A DNA stretch of 53,304 nucleotides, from positions 1 to 53,304 of IMG/VR virus record IMGVR_UViG_3300018045_000005. The stretch is one strand, 5' to 3'. The stretch's first letter is position 1. Each line of letters starts with the position of its first letter. A program made the position numbers and the translations under genes. Positions 34,101 to 43,600 of this stretch are shown one piece after another. The stretch is from a virus. Lineage: Duplodnaviria; Caudoviricetes. The notes below the pieces were generated by a model. The model saw only the letters and a list, made by a program, of their open reading frames with translations. It was not told the origin of the DNA and made no database searches.

Positions 34101-35783
34101 TGCGGCATTATTACCAACCGTGTAACCACCAGTTAAACCATTTTCATCAAAGTTTGGTAATAGTGACTGAGTGTAAACACTGACATTATCTAAGTTACCG
34201 TTCAGTTGATCAGTGGCCTTCATTCTAATAGCCATTAGAAGAGTATTATCAATGTTGAAATTTTGACCTGTAGTAACTGATCTTAAAGTGGTCCATGAAA
34301 AATCCATGAATACGTAATCGGTATATTTAGCAGTAGTGCTAACACGGGTTAATTTAATATCGTATTGACCACGGGAGGGGAATTTAATATCAAAAGAATT
34401 AGCGAAAGGGTCTTTAGTACCACCTGATATAAATGATTCTTTACTTACTGTCCACGATTCGGTGCCGGTCGGTGCGTATTCAATTTTAATAGCTACACCG
34501 TCACCTTCATTTAATACATTTTCGACTGAAAACCCAATATAGTTTGAACCATTTTTAGTCATACTATCGAGTTCACCATTAACAACTGACACCGTGTAAG
34601 TGTAGTCAGTTATAGTTGATAGTTCATTCAAAGTACGAATTGTAAACTCATCAGTGTAGTCACCGAATCTTGGATTGAAATAAATTTTATTACCGATTAC
34701 AGAAACAATACCGTCTACTACTTGATTCAAAACATACATGGTGTCGTTAAGGTCTTGATCAACCAAGTAACCAATATTGTAACCAGCTTCACCCTTAGAA
34801 CCTTTATCACTCATCGTGTAACAACCTTGAGCGAAAGTAACATCAATACTCGCTTCATCAGCTTCAGGTACAGTAGTTCTCACCGTGGATAGTGGCTCAT
34901 TGTCTTTCTCATAAACCACACTTACCCGATCTTCATAAATATCATCGACGAACAGAGTTACATCATCTTTATAACCAATCTCAATTTCAAAGTCATCAAA
35001 CTCTTCAATGGCAGTCTCACCAATTTTGATCAGAGATAAATCTAACGCAGAATGTGATTTGGTAACTTGACCTTCAGACTTTGAAACCGTAGCTAATCCG
35101 TCAGTGTACAGTCTTTCTAAACCTGCCACTTTCAGATTACCGTAACCGATAGCCATAAGTGAATAAACGTATTGCTCATCACCACCTCTAACCTCGGTAA
35201 ATGGTAGAGCGGCTAATGGTGGTACAACCCAGTTAAAACCGAATAGTTTAGGAACTAGACCGTAAGGGTTTGGACGGTTATTTGTTGAAGTGATAGCGTT
35301 ATACTGATCTGGTTGATCATTGTCACTATAAGGATCGCTAACATCTGAAGTTAGGAAACTAGCAATTAAGGCACCACCCGCTAAGAATATACCAGCAGTG
35401 ATGATACCGCCTACAACCACGCTTCCTGTTAAGATTGATGATACACCCCATACATAGTTAGCCGCGTAAGGAGCGTAAACGGTGATAGCAATCATAGCGA
35501 CAACCATTAAAGCATCACCGATATTACCACCGTGAGGGGTTCTTGAAACAACCATTGTCGTATTAGACTTAGGTTTGACTAAACCCCATTTATCACGAGG
35601 AATGAATTGACCTTCTAATACTACTCTAACATCATCAGACGCATCTTTACCTACGATACTCAATACAGTAGCACCAACAGGTACATTTGCTTGAAGATTG
35701 ATAGGCTCTAAAACAGATGGTCTACCTACGACATTTATGCCTGAATGTGCCGATAATGTTGTTTTTCCATCGAAATGAGTCAT
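31191..35783 (-). CDS. Central tail tip / host-specificity protein (gpJ-like) with FN3 repeats
   Basis: 1530 aa; PYG.VP.LFG, KATDQLNG, PHAFRVEF, GK..PPSDV, FN3-type repeats. Confidence 0.9.
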   Translation of the reverse strand: MTHFDGKTTLSAHSGINVVGRPSVLEPINLQANVPVGATVLSIVGKDASDDVRVVLEGQFIPRDKWGLVKPKSNTTMVVSRTPHGGNIGDALMVVAMIAITVYAPYAANYVWGVSSILTGSVVVGGIITAGIFLAGGALIASFLTSDVSDPYSDNDQPDQYNAITSTNNRPNPYGLVPKLFGFNWVVPPLAALPFTEVRGGDEQYVYSLMAIGYGNLKVAGLERLYTDGLATVSKSEGQVTKSHSALDLSLIKIGETAIEEFDDFEIEIGYKDDVTLFVDDIYEDRVSVVYEKDNEPLSTVRTTVPEADEASIDVTFAQGCYTMSDKGSKGEAGYNIGYLVDQDLNDTMYVLNQVVDGIVSVIGNKIYFNPRFGDYTDEFTIRTLNELSTITDYTYTVSVVNGELDSMTKNGSNYIGFSVENVLNEGDGVAIKIEYAPTGTESWTVSKESFISGGTKDPFANSFDIKFPSRGQYDIKLTRVSTTAKYTDYVFMDFSWTTLRSVTTGQNFNIDNTLLMAIRMKATDQLNGNLDNVSVYTQSLLPNFDENGLTGGYTVGNNAASCYLEAMTGVQNLHVIDESRIDFYKLKNWYDWCELNNITYNWVHSKDETLPQRLRIISAAGFGKFDIEADKFTVIRDVQQPYSHVITPRNSNGFSATKQFIDIPHAFRVEFINPDINQKDEIIVYNDGYDITNATKFEVLTTQGISNHEHAWKFGRYHLAQVKLRPETYNVDLDIESITYTNGDTVKLTYDTMLVSLHWGRIKSMTATELTLDERVVIEAGKTYSMLVRKQDGTTVTFNVSGDPSETNIVDWTQVAGVNDGDLFSFGESDKVSIDAKVTNITRAGDYNATVTMVDAAHDIFDAWTGVIPDFETGITVPPSLREPSPPLFSVLESDIDNFVRNPDNSYSSTIDVGWLIQSSATPVERVEIRYAEILTTDVSLIESGKYTKGVVRKVSVGSNDTQLYVLGQNIESGSYYEVELVAVSETGKYSRNNPKKTVKAFDILDYVDVNARPTINDVQSGTDHLLRQADGTIVSRVFVDWGSPATKIEPFNYNVSFKRETDVEWQTLVVPGDTTETHLSPLNDGVSYDIRVRAFYVIGVYSECACTTHIVIGKTEPPSDVTVGQVSVVDRHLSVSWDAVTDPDIREYELRKGPTWDTALFIDRIKTTSWDRPADIIGDHTWLVKAIDTSGLYSDNAKALSINIVKPSTPVVTAEVIDNNVLLKFVSQVGTIPIESYEIERGGEIVGESASNFHLLFENSGGLYTYNVTAIDVAGNRSDVGSFTANVAQPPDYVLNVKFDSEFLGTKVNCLEDNGKLIAPVSLDELWSDYLANGYSTIQDELDVGFTNWLEGQGLTTASYTEEYDYGAILPATLINLTPSYLRVTGTVTVAPTIEVSADGVIWITYVDNWSVYATNFRYLRFTIDITTSGDINDQVIFDRLEVKLDSKLKNDAGKGTITNAATGSLQTFNVDFIDIISIVPTALYGGTATNAIVDFLDEANPTEFTVYLLDETNTKTTGDFSWIARGY

Positions 35784-36147
35784 AACGTTCTATACATGAA
35801 TTAGAGTTCTCAGAAGTATGTAGCATATACCGTTGATCCAAGTATAAACCTACATGGCGTTGTTTACCTTGACGGAATAATATCACATCGGCTATTAGAG
35901 GTGTATCAGTTTCAACCCATTCGTCATGTTTAACTTGAGCAAGTTGATGTATTTCACCGTCCGAATAAGTGTGATCTAAACTGTCTAAATGGATATTTAA
36001 CACATTGTTATAAACATGATGAACCAACCCGTAACAGTCCATACCTTCAACCGATCTACCGTTTAAAACATAAGGTATACCGACTAAATTATTTAAACAA
36101 TCCTGGGGAATTACCTGGTAAAAATCTGTCTTTGGTTGCTGGTTCAT
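35722..36147 (-). CDS. NlpC/P60 tail-assembly protein
   Basis: GIPY...GRS..GMDCYGLV, HVGLY, MLH. Confidence 0.88.
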   Translation of the reverse strand: MNQQPKTDFYQVIPQDCLNNLVGIPYVLNGRSVEGMDCYGLVHHVYNNVLNIHLDSLDHTYSDGEIHQLAQVKHDEWVETDTPLIADVILFRQGKQRHVGLYLDQRYMLHTSENSNSCIERYDSFRWKNNIIGTFRHKCRR

Positions 36148-36571
36148 TTAGATAATCCGCATCTAATGTTAATGTCACAGTTAATTTAGTGTCATCGTAT
36201 TTCAAATTACCAGCTTTTAAAACCATCGGTGGTAACTCTAAAGTATCAGTACCGTCAAATGATCGTCTGAATAAGAACAATTCTACATCAGGGGGTGTTT
36301 GAATACTTCTAAGTTCGTCAATGAATAAACGATCAATATTATCCACGGTTATATCCACGGTGGGTAATTGACCTTCTTCTTGAGATGGTAAGCTAGTTTG
36401 AAAAGGAAAAGCTATCCAATTATGACCGTCGTAAGTCATATCAGTTTCATCACCAATCAAACGTATTTCTTCAACCCATTCAGCGTGAGTCATCTTTAAC
36501 GCAAACGCAAATACTTCATCAGTCTCTTGAGCAAATATAGCTCTCATACCCTCGGCAGAGATAGCCTTCAT
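36089..36571 (-). CDS. Minor tail protein (DUF1833-type)
   Basis: H.EW...IRL, AFPF...LP, ITVDNIDR, F.P...PGLF; synteny. Confidence 0.8.
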   Translation of the reverse strand: MKAISAEGMRAIFAQETDEVFAFALKMTHAEWVEEIRLIGDETDMTYDGHNWIAFPFQTSLPSQEEGQLPTVDITVDNIDRLFIDELRSIQTPPDVELFLFRRSFDGTDTLELPPMVLKAGNLKYDDTKLTVTLTLDADYLNEPATKDRFLPGNSPGLFK

Positions 36572-36921
36572 GGTAGTAAATCCAGTTCGGCAGTCAAGTA
36601 ATAATGACTGTTACCGATACTTCGATAATTATAAGTCGATGACGTAAAAGCAAATTGACGAACCACCCCCGTGACAGGGTGAGTCATATCAAAACTCAAC
36701 GAACCGTCTCTCAAATCAGTATCGTAAAATGAGATGAATTCAGTGAGTTCAGTTACATTCAAAGTCATACGTAACGGGAACTTGTCCACACGGGCTGTTG
36801 ATCGTCTACGACGCTTTTCAGGACCGATAGACATCTGGCTACGTATGACGTTATCACCGATAGTACCGGATACCTCATTACCTCTAATACGACTTTGTAA
36901 ACCTTGAGACATTACAGGCAT
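36568..36921 (-). CDS. Distal tail protein (gpM-like)
   Basis: IRSQM..GP.K.RRR.T, FY...L.DGSL.F...HP; follows the tape measure gene. Confidence 0.78.
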   Translation of the reverse strand: MPVMSQGLQSRIRGNEVSGTIGDNVIRSQMSIGPEKRRRRSTARVDKFPLRMTLNVTELTEFISFYDTDLRDGSLSFDMTHPVTGVVRQFAFTSSTYNYRSIGNSHYYLTAELDLLP

Positions 36922-39900
36922 TATCGTCTACTCCCTCTTCTCGATGATCCAAATTGAGCCATTGTAGTATCCATACTACCGTTATTTAACTCACTCTTAA
37001 CAGTGTCGCGAATTAGAACCTTGATAGTTTCCATACCGTCACTTGATGAACGGGTTGTTTGCACTTCAGGGGCATCACTACCACGCTGGTCAATGATCTC
37101 AACCTTAGTACCACTTCCCAACCCACCGTTCAATCTATGACGAGGATCAGAACGGGTCAACACCTCTTCAGTATTCTCAGCGATAATTGGTACTTCATTA
37201 GGTTTCAGACCAACTAGACCACCTGTATGATAACGAGCGGCACTAGCAAATATGGAAGGATCAACCATTCTCGACATACCAGATTGACCAACCATACCAC
37301 CAGTGTGATTTAAACCGATACCAGTGATACCACCTAGACCTGAACCCTGCATTGCTTTTAAAATAGCGGCCTTAAGGATCATTTGACCAATTTGAATAAG
37401 GAAGTTTGAAGCAAACTGAGTGAATGACTGACTAGCTCTATTAAACGCATCACTTAGTGACCCCACACCTGATATAGCATCGCTAATACCGTAAGCAAAC
37501 TCAGTAACAGAATTAGTTAATCCGTCAGCTATAGTCTCACGAACCTGTGTACCCGTCATGAGCATATCGGAGGTGGTGCTATCAAATGTAGCTTTTACAG
37601 CATTAAGGCCGTCAATGGCTCTCTGTGCTTCATCAGTACCTAGTTTTTCATAGAATGTAATCGCGTTATCAATAGACTTCCTGATCTGATCATCAAGAGA
37701 TATGAATGACTCTTCGATTTGATTCGCTTTAGTTTCACTAGCACTATCGCCACGCTCTCGTAATCTGGAAATTTCTTCAACTTGACTCTTACGAGTATCT
37801 AATAGTCGATTAACTTCTTTTTCAGCGGTGGTAGCCTTAGATAAACGTTCATCTTGAATTCGCTTATTCTCTTTAGCGATAGCTAACTCTTCATCAGCAA
37901 TGACTTGAGCCTTGAGTAAATTCTTATACTCTTCAACTGCAACCACATCATTCAATCGACCAGCTTTAGTTAAATTAGCAATTAACTCAGAGTATTGATC
38001 GTCGATGTATTGGATTTGTTTATCAATCGAATCGGCAGATAACTTAGCAAGTGCGGCTGTTACCTTCTCAAACTCGGATTGGAGTTTAGAATCGGCTTTA
38101 GCGGCAACCTCTGCCGTCTCACGGTCTCTAGCGGCTTTACGCTTATTATCAGCAATTTCTTCAGCTAATCTACGTTGTAATTCCTCTTCTTCATTACGGG
38201 AATATGGGGCTTCACCACCATCTTCAGCAATTTTAACTTTCTTATATTTTTTCTGAATAGCTTTTAGAGTGTCGCTTAATTCTTTCTCAGCTTGACCTCT
38301 AAGTACATTTAACTCATCTGGGATAGAATAGGCGAATTCTGGAATGAAGGCATATTTAAGTTCAAGACTCATCATTTTAGCGTGATGTTTCCACACCGCT
38401 ATGTATTCTTCACCCCATCTACGAACCTTGTTGAGAAGATCATCCAAGGTCTGCTCGGTGTTTAAAGCCCAATCGATAAGATAAGTAGCACCGACAAATA
38501 AAGCTATTTGTGGGCCTAACACTATTAACGCGGCTCTGAGTTTACCCATTGTGACAGCTAAAGCACCTATACTCACCCTAGCAGTGTTAGCGGCAACACC
38601 CCACCCGTATAAAACTTTAGCTAACTGATAACCTATAAGTGCTTTGATCCAAAATGAAACAGTCTCTAAGTTATCGACAACCCATGTTGTGAACTTCACT
38701 AGATTCAAAAACGCCTTAGCCATAGCATCGACTAACTTAGCACCCCCTTCACCGGATAACAGATCATTCAACTCTCTTAAAGCGTCATTCACATCGGATT
38801 CAGCAACCTCACCAAATCTCTCACGTAAACGGGTCACTGTATTACCAAGACGATTGAAGTTAGCGACTAAAGATGTAGTAGCGGTATCTAAACCACCTTC
38901 CATCTCTTTAGCCGCTTCCATCGTGAACAATAGAAGTTCTTTGGAAGTCAGTTGACCTAATTCCATCATCTTCTTAAGTTCGTGTGCTTCTCTCTCCATC
39001 GCATTAGCGAATGTGGCTACAGCACCAGGGAAACGTTCAGCTAATTGACCTTGTAATTCTTCAGACTGTACAACACCTTTCGACATGATCTGAATCATGG
39101 CTCTCATGGCACCCTGAAGGTCATCAGTGGATAGTTTCATGACCGACGCAGATTCAGCGATACCTAAGAACATCTCTCGAATATCAGCACCAGTCTCACC
39201 AGACTTAGACGCGGCAACAAAGAAGTCAGCGTAGGTGCTTCTAAGAACTTTTAAATCCAAACCTAAGTTATCAGCCGTCCGGCCTATAAAATCCATCTCA
39301 GCGGCTACAGCTTGAGCGTCATCCTTGAATACAGCGGTGAACTTAGCTTGTGCGGCTTGACCAGCACTATAAGCCTTGAATGAATCACCGATGTTACTAA
39401 TCACACCATATAAACCAACGTAAGCGGCAGTGATGGATAATACTTCACCACGTAGACGTTGAGTAACAGACATAGCCTTACGAGACTTATCATCGAATAG
39501 ACTCATGTTATTCGATGTTTCTTTTACAGCTTTACCTTGCTTCTCAACAGCAGTAGTGGAATCGCGTACCGCTTTGTCGTACTGCTTAATCTTAGAACGT
39601 GTTGAATTTAACTCAGAACCAGTGTCATTGATGACTTTATTTAACTTACGATGTTCGTTAGCCAAATCGTCAATATTAACACCAGCTTTACGTGCCGCTT
39701 CAGATAGTTCTTGAGTCGCTTTAACATCTCTGACTTTAACCGCTGAAGCTTTTTTATACTCACGGGTGATTGATGTTAAGGCTTTCTCTTGAAGTGCCAA
39801 CTCTTTAGCAGACGCTTTTTGAAGTTCGTTTAATCGACGGGTGTTATCACGGGCTTCAACAATAGCTTCGTTATCTTTCTTACGAGCCGTTGTGAGGGTA

Positions 39901-40280
39901 TCAAGAGTCTTCTTAGATTCAAGCCACTCTTCTTTTAGATCAGCCGCATTTTTAGCCGCTTCTGAAGTAGCAATCTTTTGTTCTTTAAGGGATTCAGATA
40001 ATTTGGTAAAAGACTCGACAGAAGCTTTAGAAGCGTCACGAGCCTTTTGTAGATTTGTAACCAGCTTTTGAACACTGGTTAGATCGGACATGGTTTTTTG
40101 TAGCTTAGAATACTGGGTATTCAAACCATTTAATACAGCGTCGTTTTCTAACGCCACATCTGTTGCAGACTTAAGTGAATCAATCACCTTATCAGCAGAC
40201 TTAACGAAGGCTTTAAGAACCTTACCAGATTCATCTCTAGCTGAAATGAGTAATTCGATATCGTTATTTTTAGTCGCCAT
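36921..40280 (-). CDS. Tail tape measure protein
   Basis: 1119 aa, helical; QIMSKG.V.SEEL.GQLAE; C-terminal HTGG motifs. Confidence 0.95.
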   Translation of the reverse strand: MATKNNDIELLISARDESGKVLKAFVKSADKVIDSLKSATDVALENDAVLNGLNTQYSKLQKTMSDLTSVQKLVTNLQKARDASKASVESFTKLSESLKEQKIATSEAAKNAADLKEEWLESKKTLDTLTTARKKDNEAIVEARDNTRRLNELQKASAKELALQEKALTSITREYKKASAVKVRDVKATQELSEAARKAGVNIDDLANEHRKLNKVINDTGSELNSTRSKIKQYDKAVRDSTTAVEKQGKAVKETSNNMSLFDDKSRKAMSVTQRLRGEVLSITAAYVGLYGVISNIGDSFKAYSAGQAAQAKFTAVFKDDAQAVAAEMDFIGRTADNLGLDLKVLRSTYADFFVAASKSGETGADIREMFLGIAESASVMKLSTDDLQGAMRAMIQIMSKGVVQSEELQGQLAERFPGAVATFANAMEREAHELKKMMELGQLTSKELLLFTMEAAKEMEGGLDTATTSLVANFNRLGNTVTRLRERFGEVAESDVNDALRELNDLLSGEGGAKLVDAMAKAFLNLVKFTTWVVDNLETVSFWIKALIGYQLAKVLYGWGVAANTARVSIGALAVTMGKLRAALIVLGPQIALFVGATYLIDWALNTEQTLDDLLNKVRRWGEEYIAVWKHHAKMMSLELKYAFIPEFAYSIPDELNVLRGQAEKELSDTLKAIQKKYKKVKIAEDGGEAPYSRNEEEELQRRLAEEIADNKRKAARDRETAEVAAKADSKLQSEFEKVTAALAKLSADSIDKQIQYIDDQYSELIANLTKAGRLNDVVAVEEYKNLLKAQVIADEELAIAKENKRIQDERLSKATTAEKEVNRLLDTRKSQVEEISRLRERGDSASETKANQIEESFISLDDQIRKSIDNAITFYEKLGTDEAQRAIDGLNAVKATFDSTTSDMLMTGTQVRETIADGLTNSVTEFAYGISDAISGVGSLSDAFNRASQSFTQFASNFLIQIGQMILKAAILKAMQGSGLGGITGIGLNHTGGMVGQSGMSRMVDPSIFASAARYHTGGLVGLKPNEVPIIAENTEEVLTRSDPRHRLNGGLGSGTKVEIIDQRGSDAPEVQTTRSSSDGMETIKVLIRDTVKSELNNGSMDTTMAQFGSSRRGSRR

Positions 40281-40590
40281 TACTAAGTTTCTCCACCAGT
40301 TCTAACCATTCCTTGTGACCATCTTTATCAAGTAAAGCACCAACGGCTTTTTGAGTTACAAAACCTTGCGTAATTAACACTTGGTTTTGAATTTTCTTAA
40401 TTATAGATGATTCAAGCCATAGAAGCCACAATGGATATTCTCTAGCAAGAGGGTGACCATTCATCAAACATAAGCTTACACTCGTCTTTAATGAAATAGT
40501 CCAATGTTCAGTTATAGATTCTCTGTCGCTTTCGTCAGTTCTGTCGTCGCACTCGTCAACATCCCTACTACTAACTGTAGATACTTTCCC
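40270..40590 (-). CDS. Tail assembly chaperone gpT part, reached by -1 frameshift (gpGT fusion)
   Basis: The -1 frame is open from the slippery site through MNGHPLAREYP... to the stop at 40270. Confidence 0.85.
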   Translation of the reverse strand, partial: GKVSTVSSRDVDECDDRTDESDRESITEHWTISLKTSVSLCLMNGHPLAREYPLWLLWLESSIIKKIQNQVLITQGFVTQKAVGALLDKDGHKEWLELVEKLSNGD

Positions 40591-40943
40591 ACACTGCCCG
40601 ATTCACTAAATGTCAAAGTAGCAATTTCTTTCAAAATGATAGTTTGGGCAGAGAGTGTCATGTCATTGACAACCCCTTTAGCATCAGGATCATTGGCAGA
40701 GTACGCAATAATTGAAGCAATCAAATCAGGTGACTCGGATACTAACTCGGTGACAATAGAAGTCATATCAACATTTTCACCTTTGTTAAATAAAGTCTTA
40801 CCTTTATCAATCAAACGTTCAAGCTGTTCGGGGTCTTCAGTGAAAATCTGAACAACATCGCTGTAAGATAACCCACGGAATTCAATAGAATCGTCACCCA
40901 CTGGGTATTTATAAACTGGTAATTTTAAATCTGAAAGTTTCAT
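40512..40943 (-). CDS. Tail assembly chaperone gpG
   Basis: Between major tail protein and tape measure; contains G GGA AAG. Confidence 0.88.
   Translation of the reverse strand: MKLSDLKLPVYKYPVGDDSIEFRGLSYSDVVQIFTEDPEQLERLIDKGKTLFNKGENVDMTSIVTELVSESPDLIASIIAYSANDPDAKGVVNDMTLSAQTIILKEIATLTFSESGSVGKYLQLVVGMLTSATTELTKATENL
40584..40590 (-). promoter_or_regulatory. Programmed -1 ribosomal frameshift site GGGAAAG
   Basis: GTG GGA AAG in frame; identical to the lambda G/T slippery heptamer. Confidence 0.9.
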
Positions 40944-40967
40944 ATTGCGTTCTCCTTAACAATATTA

Positions 40968-41759
40968 TTAAGCTGGGTTATAAGGTCTACCATCAACAAT
41001 GATAGCAGGGGTGTTAATATCTAGTTCTATAATTTCGATACCGAAAGCTAACTGTTGCCATTCATCACCTTTAAGTGACTGGTCACCGTTTGGTGTAATT
41101 TTAACAGAAGCCATATAATAATCACGTTGCGGACCAGTAGCGTTATATGAAATAAATCGTAACGCACCTTCAACTTCGTTATTTTTAGATGAAATAATCT
41201 GATCACGTGTGTAACTAGCTTCAGTGTAATCAGCAGTCAATACAGTACCATCAACAATAGCGCCACCAGGCACAATGTAGATACGACCCATCGCTAAATC
41301 AACGGTATAATCATCACCTACGGTAAAGACAGTCGCACCTTCTTTAATAGTTACAGCACTTACGTTACGAGCACCAGTGTCATTATTAGCAAGGTCTTGA
41401 CCTAACTGGTAATAACGATCTTGTATAACAGCACCAATAGCGTAATCAACGACAGCACCACCAGTAACCGTTAAAGCATTTTCATCACCTAACATAAATA
41501 GAGCAACGTTAGGAACACTGATATTATCAGTCGTCAATGAAGCGTTACGTAAGATTTCCATAAGAACAGTTTCATCTTTGGTACGTAAACCTTCTTCCAT
41601 ACCGTAATGGTCTAATGTTTCAGAAGTAACGTTTAGTGAAAAAGCCGACGTACTACCAAAGTAACGCTCACCAGTTAAATTACCGCCAACACGAGGGTCA
41701 AAATATATTTTACCACGCCCTAGACTGTAATTGTTTTCTTGAGTTGTTGTTTGAGCCAT
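40968..41759 (-). CDS. Major tail tube protein
   Basis: NY.LGRGK.YF, ERYFG, EGALRFIS.N..G, LKGDEWQ; synteny. Confidence 0.88.
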   Translation of the reverse strand: MAQTTTQENNYSLGRGKIYFDPRVGGNLTGERYFGSTSAFSLNVTSETLDHYGMEEGLRTKDETVLMEILRNASLTTDNISVPNVALFMLGDENALTVTGGAVVDYAIGAVIQDRYYQLGQDLANNDTGARNVSAVTIKEGATVFTVGDDYTVDLAMGRIYIVPGGAIVDGTVLTADYTEASYTRDQIISSKNNEVEGALRFISYNATGPQRDYYMASVKITPNGDQSLKGDEWQQLAFGIEIIELDINTPAIIVDGRPYNPA

Positions 41760-41801
41760 CTCAAAATCTCCAATATCACAAGTTAAAAAGTAAAACCTTC
41801 A

Positions 41802-42326
41802 TCACGGTAAAGCGTAAGGGTCTTTTATGTTTTCTAAAATACCCAACTTGACGGGTAACCAGAAATAAGAAGCATCAGGTGAAATCTGTGCATCAGGCGG
41901 TCTCACCAAACCACTTGCGACGATTATATCACTGACTAAACCATTACCACCACTATTGTAGTTTTTCATTAGAAAAAATGACGAGTTCATATCCATTAAC
42001 ATAGATAATGACTTCTTCACTTCCGCTAATAACAAGTGTGATGATAACGAAGGGTCTTGATCATCATAGATAGGTGAACGGTTATAAACCCACCCTTGAA
42101 TGAAATATAATTTATTCTCTTTACGAACATTACCTGTACCAGCGTGATCAGGCATTGTCTCCAAATCAGGTGCTTGTAAGATACTAATCATAGTATCAGG
42201 ATCACCATGTCCAAATCTTTCACGGCCTATAAATACATCCTCACCCACGGTTGTTTCGGAAGGTAAGGTATTTACAAGGTGTTGACGTAATGATTTCTCA
42301 ACCGTCATTAAATAACTATCAGCCAT
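41802..42326 (-). CDS. Tail terminator-like protein
   Basis: Position before the tail tube; VFIGR..FG..DP, VRPPD, YFWL. Confidence 0.65.
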   Translation of the reverse strand: MADSYLMTVEKSLRQHLVNTLPSETTVGEDVFIGRERFGHGDPDTMISILQAPDLETMPDHAGTGNVRKENKLYFIQGWVYNRSPIYDDQDPSLSSHLLLAEVKKSLSMLMDMNSSFFLMKNYNSGGNGLVSDIIVASGLVRPPDAQISPDASYFWLPVKLGILENIKDPYALP

Positions 42327-42915
42327 TTAACAATCTCCCAAAATGAGCATTGAATCTAATGTTTAACTGACTCGATATGTCAGCCTGAATATAGTCATTA
42401 TTCTCAATAACTTGATTCATAATCTGAGAAACACTCGGTCCGTAAAGTAAGAATAAACCTTTATGTTTTAATTTTATAGCACCTTTTGAGAAAGGGTGAA
42501 CATTAGGGTTACCTTTAACACGATGTGCTAAACCTATATTACCCGATCCAAGATTCATTAAAAATGCACCAGTTAATGTTCTAGGTGTACCTGGCGTTAT
42601 AGATAACGAAACTCGTTGACCACGTTGGGGTGTCTTAGTTAAGAAACGTGCCAATGAAGTACCTCTCATACGAGCGTTAATAGAAGCTGTAAGATCACCT
42701 CTAGTAGCCTTTCTACTCACTCTCAACCGACCACTTTTCTGATCACCGATATAACTTGACGACAAGGTTGTACGCTTCATCATGTCTTGTTTAAGACGGG
42801 AATGACCCATACCTACGGTGTCATTAATAGCCATTACCGCGGCTTGATTAATACTCTCACCGTAGCTATCAGCTAACTTATCAAAATCAGGTATTGATAC
42901 GGTGTCTAAAATCAT
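42319..42915 (-). CDS. Tail completion protein (gpZ-like)
   Basis: Basic; AIN.T, SLARF, LYGPSV.Q; synteny. Confidence 0.75.
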   Translation of the reverse strand: MILDTVSIPDFDKLADSYGESINQAAVMAINDTVGMGHSRLKQDMMKRTTLSSSYIGDQKSGRLRVSRKATRGDLTASINARMRGTSLARFLTKTPQRGQRVSLSITPGTPRTLTGAFLMNLGSGNIGLAHRVKGNPNVHPFSKGAIKLKHKGLFLLYGPSVSQIMNQVIENNDYIQADISSQLNIRFNAHFGRLLNG

Positions 42916-43235
42916 AGTAGAACCATCTCACACTTGATATAACCCCTGATAGGTTTTAGTACATTAGTTATTTTATACTCTTCACCACTGTCGAAAGTAA
43001 CAATAGCGTTACGCTTCGGTGTGACCTCACTGAGATCAAATACAAAATAAATAACAGACTCGTTACGTTTACCCCAAGAATCTTCAATGGCACCCACGTC
43101 TTCAGGTTCATCAAAATTCTGACGTACATTAATTGATAAAGGTGATTCAAGATCAACAAAAGTATAAACCGCACTCAGTGAGAACGCAGAATGGATACGC
43201 TTTTTACTTTTGTTTCTAATATCTTGAATCGCCAT
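42912..43235 (-). CDS. Head-tail joining protein (gpFII-like)
   Basis: 107 aa, beta-rich; synteny. Confidence 0.65.
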   Translation of the reverse strand: MAIQDIRNKSKKRIHSAFSLSAVYTFVDLESPLSINVRQNFDEPEDVGAIEDSWGKRNESVIYFVFDLSEVTPKRNAIVTFDSGEEYKITNVLKPIRGYIKCEMVLL

Positions 43236-43244
43236 GATTTAACC

Positions 43245-43538
43245 TTATTCAGCCGATGTTCTGCGTCTACGACGTGTTTTAGGTTTTGTTTCTTCAGTTA
43301 CTTCATTAGTATCTTTAGCTACTTCAGTTACTTCATTAGTATCTTTAGCTACTTCAGTTACTTCTTCAGACGATTCAGTATCCTCAATAACATTAGTTTC
43401 TGCAACTTCCAAAGCGTTGTTTTTATCTAAATCAAGAATCTCATCTTTAGTAAAATCAAATTCATGACCAGGTTTAACAGTAACCTGTTCACCTTTTCGG
43501 ATAACTCGGATAGAGTTTTTTGCAATACGTTTAGTCAT
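43245..43538 (-). CDS. Small protein after the capsid gene with an acidic repeat tail (gpFI position)
   Basis: 97 aa; EVTEVAKDTN repeats; RRRRR end. Confidence 0.7.
   Translation of the reverse strand: MTKRIAKNSIRVIRKGEQVTVKPGHEFDFTKDEILDLDKNNALEVAETNVIEDTESSEEVTEVAKDTNEVTEVAKDTNEVTEETKPKTRRRRRTSAE
43292..43364. repeat. 30-bp in-frame tandem repeat x2.4
   Basis: cttcagttacttcattagtatctttagcta. Confidence 0.9.
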
Positions 43539-43559
43539 TATCGTTCTCCTTCGTGACTA

Positions 43560-43587
43560 AAATGAAAGACCACCCGCTAAGGTGGTC
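43560..43587 (-). terminator. Terminator after the capsid gene
   Basis: gaccacc-6 nt loop-ggtggtc followed by tttcattt on the minus strand. Confidence 0.7.
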
Positions 43588-43600
43588 GATATATCAAACC

